DNA of 40,952 bases from a virus (lineage: Duplodnaviria; Caudoviricetes): IMG/VR virus record IMGVR_UViG_3300021082_000062, positions 1-40,952 of that record; one strand, written 5' to 3'. Position 1 is the stretch's first letter. Each line of letters begins with the position of its first letter. The notes under the pieces were generated by a model, which saw nothing but the letters and a program-made list of their open reading frames with translations, did not search any database and was not told the DNA's origin. Positions 9,703-18,447 of the stretch are shown piece after piece. The translations under genes and the position numbers were made by a program.

Positions 9703-11685
9703 ATGCCAATCGGTGACGAGCAGTGGGTACAGGACCAGATCGACGCGCAGCTGGCGCAGCCGCCGGTCGAGATGCCAACCATGCGCCGCGGCTCGGCCGA
9801 CGATGGCTCACGCCCCGGCTGGCTAGGCCTGCTCGGTGAGGCGTTGGGTGGCGGGCAGTCGCCAGGCTACAGGCTACGCGGGCACGAAGAGGGCGCGGCC
9901 GGGTCCAAGGCCTTGCTCAATTTCGGCATCAACATGCTGCTGGCGAGCGGGCCGCAGCGCACGCGGCCGGACCTACTGACGGCCGCCGCGACCGGCCTGC
10001 AGGGCGCGCAGCAGAGCCTGGGCGCTGACCAGCAGGCAGCACAGGCGCAGGCGCAGGCGGACTACAACCAACAGCTCGGCGTGGCGAAGTTCGGCCAGCT
10101 GCAACAGCACGCCCAAGTCGAGCGGCTCAAGGCCGTGATCCCGCTGCTGCAGCTGCAGCAGAAGAGCAAAGAGCTGGCCGGTCTAAAGGGCGGCGACACG
10201 ACGGCCGCCCCGGCTACTGCGACCGGCGGTGATCTGCCGGCCGACAAGGCGGCGGCGCTCAAGGCGATCGCGCAGCGCGAGAGCGGCGGCGATCCCACCA
10301 TCCTCAACTACGTTGCCCAGCAGGACCCGACAGCCTACGCGCGCGGCGCCACGGCCTCGGGCAAATATCAGATCGTCAACACGACATGGCGCGAAGGCCT
10401 GCAGCTCGCGGGGCTCGATCCTACGAAGTATGCCACGGCGCGCGATGCACCAGAGGCGGTGCAGGATCAGGTGGCGAGCGTGCTGTGGGACAAGTACGGC
10501 AACAAGCCGTGGCAGAAGGGCGCTAAGGACTGGGTCAAGGACGAGAAGGGCCAGTATCAGCTGGCGACCGTCCGCCCGCCCAACCAGCCCACCGCCGCGC
10601 CCGCAGTGACTGGCGGCACCAAGGTCGCAGGGCCGCCTGGCGTGGTGCAGCCTGGCGCTGGCACTACACCACCAGCTGCAGCGCCCGCTGCGGGGCCTGG
10701 CGCGGGGTTCACGTTCGTACCACCGACCGGCCCGGCATATAGCCCCGAGCTGCCGCCCGAAGTGCTCGCCGATTACCAGCGGCGCATGAAGGCCGCGACA
10801 TCGCCGGACGACTACAACAAGGCCGCGCAAGAGCTGGCCACGGCGAAGCAGAAGCAGGCGCACGACGCGGCAGCGCTACTCGCCACCGAGCGCGATCGGC
10901 AGCAGAAGGACTGGGCCGCACAAGCGCGCCCGGCGACCGACGCTGACCTGGCAGCGCACGGCGTCCCGCGTGAGCAGGGCGTGACCTACACGCTCGACAA
11001 CAACGGCAAGCTGTCGATGAACGCGACGCCGCTGGACCCTCGCCTGGTGCATATGGCCGAAGCGGACCAGAAGGCGTTCCAGACGCAATACGCCGACAAA
11101 TACCACTCGATCCTCAAGATGCGGCCGATCCTGTCCGAGATGGAATCGCTGCTGCACCGCGTCGAGGCAGATCCGAAGTCTGGCCAAGGCGGCATCGGCG
11201 CAGAGTATGCCCGCAAGGTTAATGGCGTGCTGGTGTCGCTCGGCCTCGCGTCGCCGCAACTCACCGAGGCACACGGCGCGCAGGAAGCATACTCTGCGCT
11301 CGCCAATTCACTGACGCTGGCCATGAAGTCGGGCATATCCATGGGCTCGGTGTCCGACCGCGATCTGGCATTCCTCGAGGCGAACACGCCCGGCCTCGCG
11401 ACATCCCCCGCCGGCCGGCGCCTGCTGATGGGCGGCCTGCGGCAGATGTGGGATTACCAAGAGCGCCTCTACGACCTGGCGGCCGACACGATCCGCCAGC
11501 GCCCGCACACGCTCGCCGGGTTCAGCGACAAGGTACGCAATCTGCCAGACGCTATCCCGCTCGCGCCGGACCCCAGCTCGAGCCCCGCCGCGCTCACGGC
11601 GTGGAAAGAGAAGTACAAGCCTCGCGTCGGGCAGACCGTCTACCGATCGCATGACGGCACGATGAAAGTATGGGGTCAGGGCTGA
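9703..11685 (+). CDS. Ejection protein with SceD/Rpf-like lytic transglycosylase domain
   Basis: LKAIAQRESGG...ASGKYQIVNTTW...APEAVQDQVA..LW...G.KPW (about 10250-10515) matches the SceD/Rpf transglycosylase motif set with catalytic Glu in RES. Confidence 0.8.
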   Translation: MPIGDEQWVQDQIDAQLAQPPVEMPTMRRGSADDGSRPGWLGLLGEALGGGQSPGYRLRGHEEGAAGSKALLNFGINMLLASGPQRTRPDLLTAAATGLQGAQQSLGADQQAAQAQAQADYNQQLGVAKFGQLQQHAQVERLKAVIPLLQLQQKSKELAGLKGGDTTAAPATATGGDLPADKAAALKAIAQRESGGDPTILNYVAQQDPTAYARGATASGKYQIVNTTWREGLQLAGLDPTKYATARDAPEAVQDQVASVLWDKYGNKPWQKGAKDWVKDEKGQYQLATVRPPNQPTAAPAVTGGTKVAGPPGVVQPGAGTTPPAAAPAAGPGAGFTFVPPTGPAYSPELPPEVLADYQRRMKAATSPDDYNKAAQELATAKQKQAHDAAALLATERDRQQKDWAAQARPATDADLAAHGVPREQGVTYTLDNNGKLSMNATPLDPRLVHMAEADQKAFQTQYADKYHSILKMRPILSEMESLLHRVEADPKSGQGGIGAEYARKVNGVLVSLGLASPQLTEAHGAQEAYSALANSLTLAMKSGISMGSVSDRDLAFLEANTPGLATSPAGRRLLMGGLRQMWDYQERLYDLAADTIRQRPHTLAGFSDKVRNLPDAIPLAPDPSSSPAALTAWKEKYKPRVGQTVYRSHDGTMKVWGQG

Positions 11686-14063
11686 TGGCAACAGCTGCAG
11701 AGTTCAAAGCCATCTTTGGGTTCGACCCACCCGATGGCGCAGTGAGCGGCCCGACGCCGGACGACCAGCCGCCGCCGGCAAAGGTCGCGCCCGTGGACGA
11801 TCGACCGGCCACGCCGGAAGAACGCCGCCTGTTGATGGATATACCGGCCCCGCCGAAGCCGCCCCCGCCCGAGGCCGTCAACGCGTTGAAGACGCCGTTC
11901 TGGAAGACCGGCGCCACAGAGCACGGCGGCGAGGCTGTGCCGATGCCGATGTTCCCCAAGACGCGCGAGGCGGTCACCAACGCAGTGACCGGCGATTCGA
12001 GCGTCGCGTATCCAGCCATCGGACCGTTCACCCCGTCCGGCCTCGGCCTCGGCGGCGGACCAGACGCCGGGTTCTGGACGCGTGTGATGGCGAACGCCAC
12101 CGACCCGCGCGCGCTGCGCATGCTCGGCCAGGCGATGACCAGCCGCGACCCGGCGGCGATGGAACGTGTGATCGCGGCCAACGTACCCGAGGCCAAGTTC
12201 GCGACCGACCCGCAGGGCAAGCGGATCGTGCAGGTGCCAGGCCACCCGCCGATGTATCTCGACCGGGGCGGCGTGATGGACCCCAGCAAAGCCGCGTTCT
12301 ATGCGCCGCAGACAGCCGTCGCCCTGGCGCAGCGCGGCAAGAGCATCGCCGGCATGGTATTCGGCAACGTGGTGCAGGACGCCGCCAGCACGGCCGCCAG
12401 CCACGCCGTGGGCGGCGAGCAGGAATGGATTGACCCGACATCCCTAGCCGCCACGGGCGGCATCACGGCGGGCCTGGGGCTCGCCGGCAAGGCTCTCGTA
12501 CAGGGCGGCAAGGCTGCCTACAACTACGCGACAGGCGCGCTCGACAACCTGCCCGGCAAGGAAGAGATCCGCGCCGCAGCTCGTCGCCTGATCGCGAAAG
12601 AGTTCGGGCACCAGCCCACGCTAGGGCAGGTTACCGGCAATCCGTATCAGCTGAAAAAAGAAGACTTGCTGCTGAACGCCAAGGCGTCGCCCGAGCAAGG
12701 GTCGCGCCTGCACGATCTACACGCGGCCAATGTCGAGGCAACCCAAACAGCCAAGACGGGCGTGATCGCCGAGGCGTCCGGCGCGGCGAAGCTAACGCCA
12801 GGCGCCCCGCCGGTAATCCCCAAGGGGTTCCAGGGCGACGAGCAGACGTTCGGCACGCAGATACTGGACAACGTGCGCGCCAAGCACGAGGCACTAAGCA
12901 CAGCTGAGGCGAAAGCCTGGGACGCATTGGGTGGCGGCAGCATCACCCCCACCAGCGCAGCCGGCCGCTCGGTAGAGTTCACCCAGGACGTGACGCACGA
13001 CGCGCTGGGCAAGGCCTACAAGACGGCGCTCGACAATTTCGGCCAGCCGATGGGGCCGAATGGAACGTTCTCTGCCGGCCAGTTGCGCAATGGCGGGCAG
13101 TCGGTGCGCGACGCACTCGACGTGCTGAAAACCTACACGATGAAGGAAGGCGACGCGGTCGGGTTCAATCTCGGGCACTACCGCGACATGCGCCAGCAGC
13201 TCGAGAACATCATACAATCCGCACCGACGCCCAACGTCGCGCGCATCGTACGCAAGATGAAGGGCGACCTAGACGATGCCGTCGCTGCGGCTGAGATCAA
13301 CGGGCACATCGTCGGCGACCCCGCGGCGCTGACCGCATTCCGCGAGGCGAACAAGGCAACGCGCGACAAACACGCATTCCTCAACCCGCGAGATAACGAC
13401 GCGGCGCAGGCATTCCTCGAGCGGGCGACGCATCAGATCGAAGGGCCAGGCGGCGCCAAGACGTACAGCATGGGCGGGCAGGAAGCCGTTGATAACGTGT
13501 TCGGCCGCAGCAATGTGGTGGACGCCGGCAACGGCACGATGGACATCCTGCGGCATTTCGGCACGCATCTCGGCAACGACAGCCAGGCGATCAAAGCGTC
13601 GCGCGGCCTGGTGACGAAGCGACCGCTATACGGCACGCGATCGCCTGGCGAAGAGGGCACCGAGATTGTCGGTGGGCCGCGATACGGCAGCACAGCGCAG
13701 AACCTCGACAACCAGCTGCGCGGCACCGGCAAGCAAGTGACCGAGCATCTGTTGCCGATCGAGATGCAGCTGCGCCTGCACAATCTCAAACAGGCGATGG
13801 ACACGCTCAATCGCAGCTACACGCCGTCTGGCCCGCGGCTGAACACGTCCGGCAGCGGCTACCTGTTCCAAGGCGCAGGCAATCTGCCGCTGCCGAATTT
13901 CGTCAAAGACATGCTGATGAAGTATGGCGCCGGGAAGAGCATCGACAACGCCATAGCCGGTGGACAACGTCGCGTGCTGGCCATCCCCGCCGGCCCCACG
14001 CCGGGCGTCGCGCCAGCCGCGCGTGTCGGTGGCCTACTCGGCAGCGAGGCGCTCATTCCCTAG
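11685..14063 (+). CDS. Large ejection / DNA transfer protein
   Basis: ~792 aa, TGATG overlap, last gene of the virion operon; PTLGQVTG motif seen in large podovirus ejection proteins. Confidence 0.7.
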   Translation: MATAAEFKAIFGFDPPDGAVSGPTPDDQPPPAKVAPVDDRPATPEERRLLMDIPAPPKPPPPEAVNALKTPFWKTGATEHGGEAVPMPMFPKTREAVTNAVTGDSSVAYPAIGPFTPSGLGLGGGPDAGFWTRVMANATDPRALRMLGQAMTSRDPAAMERVIAANVPEAKFATDPQGKRIVQVPGHPPMYLDRGGVMDPSKAAFYAPQTAVALAQRGKSIAGMVFGNVVQDAASTAASHAVGGEQEWIDPTSLAATGGITAGLGLAGKALVQGGKAAYNYATGALDNLPGKEEIRAAARRLIAKEFGHQPTLGQVTGNPYQLKKEDLLLNAKASPEQGSRLHDLHAANVEATQTAKTGVIAEASGAAKLTPGAPPVIPKGFQGDEQTFGTQILDNVRAKHEALSTAEAKAWDALGGGSITPTSAAGRSVEFTQDVTHDALGKAYKTALDNFGQPMGPNGTFSAGQLRNGGQSVRDALDVLKTYTMKEGDAVGFNLGHYRDMRQQLENIIQSAPTPNVARIVRKMKGDLDDAVAAAEINGHIVGDPAALTAFREANKATRDKHAFLNPRDNDAAQAFLERATHQIEGPGGAKTYSMGGQEAVDNVFGRSNVVDAGNGTMDILRHFGTHLGNDSQAIKASRGLVTKRPLYGTRSPGEEGTEIVGGPRYGSTAQNLDNQLRGTGKQVTEHLLPIEMQLRLHNLKQAMDTLNRSYTPSGPRLNTSGSGYLFQGAGNLPLPNFVKDMLMKYGAGKSIDNAIAGGQRRVLAIPAGPTPGVAPAARVGGLLGSEALIP

Positions 14064-14200
14064 ATCAGATACACCACGCCCGTGATGCCGGCGGCCACGA
14101 TAGCCAGGATAAAGAGCGGCACTGCGTTCTCAATGAGGAACGTCAACACATGCAAGCCGAGCCACAGTCCAAGCACGAGCAGGACTAGCATCTCGATCAT
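14060..14200 (-). CDS. 46-aa two-helix membrane protein
   Basis: MIEMLVLLVLGLWLGLHVLTFLIENAVPLFILAIVAAGITGVVYLI; ATGA-coupled to upstream 30-aa ORF. Confidence 0.6.
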   Translation of the reverse strand: MIEMLVLLVLGLWLGLHVLTFLIENAVPLFILAIVAAGITGVVYLI

Positions 14201-14289
14201 GCGAATGCCTTGACGATCAGGCTGGCCACGCCACCCAGCAGCGCTGCCAGCATCCACTGAATAAGGGTCAGGCGCCTCTCGATGCTCAT
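14197..14289 (-). CDS. 30-aa membrane peptide (not in ORF track)
   Basis: MSIERRLTLIQWMLAALLGGVASLIVKAFA; ATGA overlaps with both neighbours. Confidence 0.6.
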   Translation of the reverse strand: MSIERRLTLIQWMLAALLGGVASLIVKAFA

Positions 14290-14546
14290 GGCCGGCGCTC
14301 CAGTGCGTCGAGCCGGGCAGCGATGGTGGTGAGGTGATCGCCTAGCGCGGCGGTTACCTTCTCGGCGATGACATCGCCCAGTGCGGTAAACTGCTCATCG
14401 ATGGCGGACAGCCCGGCCTGGAACTGGTCGAGCGTGGGCAACTGAGCTTGCCCGGCCTGGAGTATGGCCATCTGGCGCTGCAGTGCGCGGACGTGCGTGC
14501 CGAGTAGTCTCAGGTCAACGTTATCGGGTAGTTTGTCGGTAGCCAT
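14286..14546 (-). CDS. Coiled-coil hypothetical protein
   Basis: GAGGA RBS, 86 aa, heptad-like. Confidence 0.7.
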   Translation of the reverse strand: MATDKLPDNVDLRLLGTHVRALQRQMAILQAGQAQLPTLDQFQAGLSAIDEQFTALGDVIAEKVTAALGDHLTTIAARLDALERRP

Positions 14547-14638
14547 GTGGTCCTCGCCAGTAGGATCGTTGGTCAGGGCGCCAGGGCCGTTCTCAGCGGC
14601 TCGGGGCGCCCGCTTTGTTTAGCACGGGCTGGCGACAA

Positions 14639-14803
14639 TTGCCACGAACAATAGCCGAACTCTTGCCAATCAGAAGCTGGCATTTGCCAATTAACCCATT
14701 GAAATGGTCGCAAAAAGACATCTGGCATCGCGAGGTCGGAATCAAACGCCGTCAAAAACTTAGAAAGGCCATTTGACACTGGTTGCCGACTGTCAGTTGC
14801 CAG
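14639..14803. other. Probable attP site
   Basis: Two clusters of TTGCCA-like repeats (14639, 14663, 14684; 14773, 14783, 14797) flanking a core bracketed by IHF-like sequences (TAACCCATTGAAA, GTCAAAAACTTA); lower GC; downstream of integrase. Confidence 0.65.
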
Positions 14804-15332
14804 ATGGCGGTATGATCCTTGTCGATATGACATCCCTGCTCCGGCGGTCATAGGTGTATTCTTTGATCTGGCCGTTCGCCAGGAGCTTGCGCACACGATG
14901 GAATTTGCCTGATGGAGGCGGAGGGGTACGATATGCCCTTGGCCTTCTGGTTGCCATTGGGATGACACCAAAGAGCGACCAAGCGTCTTCAGATTCCTTT
15001 GGTAGCGCCCGTTTCACGACGCAAAATCCTTCCGCATCATTGCGTGCGAAAGACAGTACTTCTGCCTGAGACAGCACCCAACATCTTGCCTCTCCGATAT
15101 CGGTGAGGATGATGAATTTAACGCGGGTCAATTGCTCGCGGCGAAGGTTCCACTTTCCCTCAAATGAGGCCTTTATCTCGACGGGGACCAAGCCCCCAAC
15201 AGGTAGTCGAACCCACATATCACCGGCGTCGCTGTTGCCAATGGTGGTAACAAATTCCAGACCATTCCTGGCAAGGTGAAACATAGATAGGCCCACGCCA
15301 GCTTTGGCGATCAGACTTGTTGCCTTCATCAC
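14793..15332 (-). CDS. PD-(D/E)XK-type nuclease with C-terminal integrase-like arm-binding motif
   Basis: GDMWV...VEIKAS catalytic-type motif; C-terminal VRKLLANGQIKEYTYDR; AGGAG RBS; lower GC than neighbours. Confidence 0.65.
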   Translation of the reverse strand: MMKATSLIAKAGVGLSMFHLARNGLEFVTTIGNSDAGDMWVRLPVGGLVPVEIKASFEGKWNLRREQLTRVKFIILTDIGEARCWVLSQAEVLSFARNDAEGFCVVKRALPKESEDAWSLFGVIPMATRRPRAYRTPPPPSGKFHRVRKLLANGQIKEYTYDRRSRDVISTRIIPPSGN

Positions 15333-15359
15333 GTAACTCCTGTGTGGCTACGTGGTAGT

Positions 15360-16376
15360 TTACATTTTCCTTGGCAATTTAACAACGTTTTCTAGTCGTC
15401 TGATCGCTGCCTCCGCCAACTGCTGTTGACGTGCACTGGCCGTGTAGAGCGCCACCATGGCCAAGCTCTTGTGCCCGGTGATGGACGCGATCTCGTGCGG
15501 GCTGCAGCCGGCTTCAGCGAGTGCTGTGGCAGCCAGCTTGCGCAGGCCATGCACGTTGAGCTTGTCGGGCAGCCCGATCGTCTCAAGGCCTCGCGCTAGT
15601 GCGTTGGACAAATGGGTTGGCTGCCATGGCACGCCTTGGGCGGTAGTCAGAATCAGAGTTGACGTGGCAACCCGGCGCCAGGCGTCCAACTCCACCTTCA
15701 GCGCAGCGTGCACCGGCAGCACCATCTCGGCGCCTGTCTTCTCCTGGCGCAACCGGATGAAGCGGCCGTCGTAGGCTGACCACGGCATGCGGATCAGATC
15801 GCCACGCCGCTGCCCCGTGTAGCGCGCCAGGACGACTGTGCGTCGCAGATGCTCTGGCAGGGCCGCGGTTGCGGCGTCGGCCTGAGCGTCCGTCCAGGCC
15901 TGCCAGTGACCACCGGGGAGAGACTTGATCCGGTCGAGCGGCGAGTGTTCCATCCAGCCGTTGTCACGGCCCCAGGCGAAGACGCTGGCCGCGAGCTGGG
16001 CGAAGGCGTTTGCTGCGGCCGGGCCGGTAACCTGGGCGATGATGGATCTGATCTTCAGGATATGTGCCCGCTTCACATCGCTGACCATCAGGTGGTGCAG
16101 TTCTTCGAGCGGGCGGATGTAGTGCAGCTGCTTGATCTGTGTTCGGAGCTTCTTTGCCCGCCATTCCGGGCTGGCACGATAGGCAATTGTCAGCGCCCCA
16201 AGTGTGCCCGGCGCGTATCGGCCAGCCTTCGGCTTCGCTGCAGCGAGTTTGGCACCGAACGTCGGATCGGTTGGAGGCGGGAGGCGCGCACCAGTCGCCC
16301 GGTGATAGTAGTAAGTGGTGGTGGACCCATCAGCGAGCCGCTTGCGGACGGCGCGCACGCCCTTGGGCAATCTCAT
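15360..16376 (-). CDS. int: Tyrosine integrase
   Basis: TGQRRGDL (R), QEKTG (K), HGLR, TGH and LYT (Y) catalytic motifs; N-terminal arm-binding beta domain. Confidence 0.95.
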   Translation of the reverse strand: MRLPKGVRAVRKRLADGSTTTYYYHRATGARLPPPTDPTFGAKLAAAKPKAGRYAPGTLGALTIAYRASPEWRAKKLRTQIKQLHYIRPLEELHHLMVSDVKRAHILKIRSIIAQVTGPAAANAFAQLAASVFAWGRDNGWMEHSPLDRIKSLPGGHWQAWTDAQADAATAALPEHLRRTVVLARYTGQRRGDLIRMPWSAYDGRFIRLRQEKTGAEMVLPVHAALKVELDAWRRVATSTLILTTAQGVPWQPTHLSNALARGLETIGLPDKLNVHGLRKLAATALAEAGCSPHEIASITGHKSLAMVALYTASARQQQLAEAAIRRLENVVKLPRKM

Positions 16377-16599
16377 GGATCAATGCCTCCACCGCTGCAT
16401 CGGCAGTGGTCGATGCTGTGCCGCCGCCGAACAGTGCGTCAAGCGCCAGGCGGTCATAGCGCGGCTTGCGGGGGCCCAGGTGGTAGGACGGGGTGGGTAG
16501 CTTTCCTGTCCGCAGCAATCGCGGCAGGTGATCCACACGCTCACCGATATAGGCTGCGGTCGCCTCCGGATCGAGCCAGCGAGGCTCGGCCGCTGTCAT
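16330..16599 (-). CDS. Excisionase / recombination directionality factor
   Basis: RWLDPEATAAYIG...GKLPTP...PRYDRLALD winged-helix pattern directly upstream of and overlapping int. Confidence 0.8.
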   Translation of the reverse strand: MTAAEPRWLDPEATAAYIGERVDHLPRLLRTGKLPTPSYHLGPRKPRYDRLALDALFGGGTASTTADAAVEALIHEIAQGRARRPQAAR

Positions 16600-16838
16600 G
16601 CGGCGTCCTGATCTGCCGTCTCGTCAATCAGCTTCGAAACCAGGCGTGGCGTGCGTGGCTTGCGTGTGGCGCGGCTGGTCCGTGTTTCGTTCACCGCGAA
16701 GGTGGGCGTGCAGGGCGTTGGCTCGATCGCGGCGAGCAGGCTAGCCCAGGCTTCGGCCACGGAAGCGAGTGCGCCTGCCATGTCTTTCGGATCGTCCGGC
16801 AGCAGCACCTGGATTGACGCAATGACTTCGTGGGGCAT
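16596..16838 (-). CDS. Hypothetical protein
   Basis: GAGGA RBS; ATGA-coupled to xis. Confidence 0.65.
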   Translation of the reverse strand: MPHEVIASIQVLLPDDPKDMAGALASVAEAWASLLAAIEPTPCTPTFAVNETRTSRATRKPRTPRLVSKLIDETADQDAA

Positions 16839-16864
16839 GGGTATCCTCTCGGAATTGTGGGCGG

Positions 16865-17113
16865 TCAGAACGAGGCCGTTTCGCGCGTAGCGGCACTGAA
16901 CTTGTCAGGCTCCTCAGTCGATTCCGGTTCGACCACATCCTGCAAGCTCACTGTATCCAGCCATGTCTCCTGATCCGGCTGAACATAGTAAGGCCCCTGG
17001 TAGCCGTTCTGCTTCACCACCCGCATACGCGATGCAATGGCCAGCAACTCAACCGCGTCGGCCTGCTCGATGCAGTAGTCTGTGTAGCTGATGCGGACGA
17101 TGAATTTCTTCAT
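16865..17113 (-). CDS. Hypothetical protein
   Basis: MKKFIVRISY... with GGAGA RBS; early-left operon. Confidence 0.6.
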   Translation of the reverse strand: MKKFIVRISYTDYCIEQADAVELLAIASRMRVVKQNGYQGPYYVQPDQETWLDTVSLQDVVEPESTEEPDKFSAATRETASF

Positions 17114-17138
17114 TCTTCGTTCGTCTCCGACGATCATT

Positions 17139-17324
17139 TCATAGCTGCGCCGCAGCCTGGACGAGCGCCATGGTGCCGGCGATAGAGAGCGCGACCAGGG
17201 TGCTGGCGCCGAGCATGATCGGGGCCCAGGCGCGCAGGCGGCCGCGGCGTTCCAGCCGGCGCCACATGCGACGCTGGTGGATGCGATCCTGCTCGCGGAC
17301 AAGGTATTCAATGGAGGGCTTCAC
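17139..17324 (-). CDS. Small protein with C-terminal TM helix
   Basis: Basic N-terminus then hydrophobic stretch; GTGA coupling. Confidence 0.55.
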   Translation of the reverse strand: MKPSIEYLVREQDRIHQRRMWRRLERRGRLRAWAPIMLGASTLVALSIAGTMALVQAAAQL

Positions 17325-17512
17325 AGTATGCCGTCTCCCTCGCCTGCACGGATGAGCGATTCACGCAGGCGTGCATTCTCCGCGCGCAGCCGCTCGATCT
17401 CCTTCACCATCGCGATCGTGAGAGACGGCCTTGGCTGTCCAGCCTTGATCCAATCGTCATGGAACGCCGCCAGGAACGCCTCTAGCTCGGTGGTTTCGGG
17501 TTTGTCAGTCAT
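17321..17512 (-). CDS. Hypothetical protein
   Basis: MTDKPETT...EIERLRAENARLR, a common phage early-gene coiled-coil ending. Confidence 0.6.
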   Translation of the reverse strand: MTDKPETTELEAFLAAFHDDWIKAGQPRPSLTIAMVKEIERLRAENARLRESLIRAGEGDGIL

Positions 17513-17688
17513 CGCCGCAGGCTTTCCTTCACGCGCCACGCCGCCTCGTATTGCTCCTGCACCACGCTGCGTGGGCGCGGGGTGATTGTGTGCGCCGCGG
17601 AGATGCGGGCCTTGGCTGCCAGGTGCTGGCGCAGGTCGTTGTCGGTACCGAACTGCTTTTTGCAATGCGGACACTGGACGATGGTCAT
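17509..17688 (-). CDS. C2H2 zinc-finger-like small protein
   Basis: CPHCKKQFGTDNDLRQH; ATGA coupling on both sides. Confidence 0.6.
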   Translation of the reverse strand: MTIVQCPHCKKQFGTDNDLRQHLAAKARISAAHTITPRPRSVVQEQYEAAWRVKESLRR

Positions 17689-17927
17689 GCTACCGCGTCC
17701 TCCAGCCATGCGGCGTTGTGAGCGTCGCACAGCGGGTATTGGATGCCGGTTTGCGGATCGGTGTAGACGGTCACCGCGTCGTTGCTGCACTCCTCGCACA
17801 AGCGGGTCATAGTGCCGTCGCAGTGGTGGCAAGGGCCGTCAGCCCACACGTCGGGATCATTGCCGCCGTAGCGCGAGGTCCAGTGCAGACCATCGTCGCA
17901 ATGCTGGCAGGGGAGAAGGGCACGCAT
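17685..17927 (-). CDS. Zn-binding hypothetical protein, first gene of leftward operon
   Basis: Three CxxC plus CxxH; GGAGA RBS. Confidence 0.65.
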   Translation of the reverse strand: MRALLPCQHCDDGLHWTSRYGGNDPDVWADGPCHHCDGTMTRLCEECSNDAVTVYTDPQTGIQYPLCDAHNAAWLEDAVA

Positions 17928-17952
17928 ACTAATGTCTCCAACCGATGGAGAC

Positions 17953-17981
17953 AGTCTGTCAGAAAATCTGAACATAGGCAA
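17953..17981 (-). promoter_or_regulatory. Leftward early promoter (PL-like)
   Basis: TTGCCT-N17-CAGACT on minus strand with an operator in the spacer. Confidence 0.6.
17959..17971. promoter_or_regulatory. Operator OL1 (TCAG-N5-CTGA)
   Basis: TCAGAAAATCTGA. Confidence 0.8.
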
Positions 17982-18001
17982 GCCGGGCAGTCAGGCTGTA
18001 A

Positions 18002-18014
18002 TCAGGAAATCTGA
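18002..18014. promoter_or_regulatory. Operator OL2 (TCAG-N5-CTGA)
   Basis: TCAGGAAATCTGA. Confidence 0.8.
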
Positions 18015-18067
18015 AGGAAAATCGATGCACGTTCGTGCTTTTCTGAGGCTGGGGGACGCGCCCCCAG

Positions 18068-18376
18068 CTAAACCTCCGTCTTTTCCTCCGCGGCCCGGCG
18101 CAAATCGTCCGCCCGTTCGGCGGAAACCCCGGCCATCACCCCTCGGTAAAACCAGTCCGTCGTAAACCCGTAATCGTCGCACAGGCGGCTCAAGAACCAA
18201 GGCTCCGGGTAATACAATCCCCGTTCCCACTGGTTCAACTTGTTCGGCTCCATACCGTAGGCGCGGGCCAGCCTGGCCTGGGTCAGACCGACCGCTTCCC
18301 TGGCCAGCATCAGATGACGGCCGACAAATTCCTTATGTTCTGATGCTTTGATCTTGTCGCGCGCCGTCTTCGCCAT
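18068..18376 (-). CDS. CI-like XRE repressor (HTH only, no S24 peptidase)
   Basis: LAREAVGLTQARLA...LNQWERG..YP HTH; divergent from cro; flanked by operators. Start taken at MAKTARD; longer starts are possible. Confidence 0.85.
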   Translation of the reverse strand: MAKTARDKIKASEHKEFVGRHLMLAREAVGLTQARLARAYGMEPNKLNQWERGLYYPEPWFLSRLCDDYGFTTDWFYRGVMAGVSAERADDLRRAAEEKTEV

Positions 18377-18411
18377 GGCGACAAGGTAGGGGAACGCATG
18401 GCTTGGGATAT

Positions 18412-18424
18412 TCAGCATAGCTGA
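18412..18424. promoter_or_regulatory. Operator OR2 (TCAG-N5-CTGA)
   Basis: TCAGCATAGCTGA. Confidence 0.75.
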
Positions 18425-18447
18425 TGGCAACGCATATCACTGGCGGC

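Noticed and set aside
14722-14745. CTGGCATCGCGAGGTCGG as tRNA-Ala(GGC) att core
   Set aside because: Only loosely resembles an anticodon/variable loop; no T-arm or acceptor stem follows, so the target cannot be called.
15849-16817. 322-aa plus-strand ORF opposite int/xis
   Set aside because: Antisense shadow of integrase.
17934-17952. GTCTCCA-N5-TGGAGAC hairpin as nut/boxB site
   Set aside because: No N-like gene or boxA, and the predicted start site falls inside the stem.
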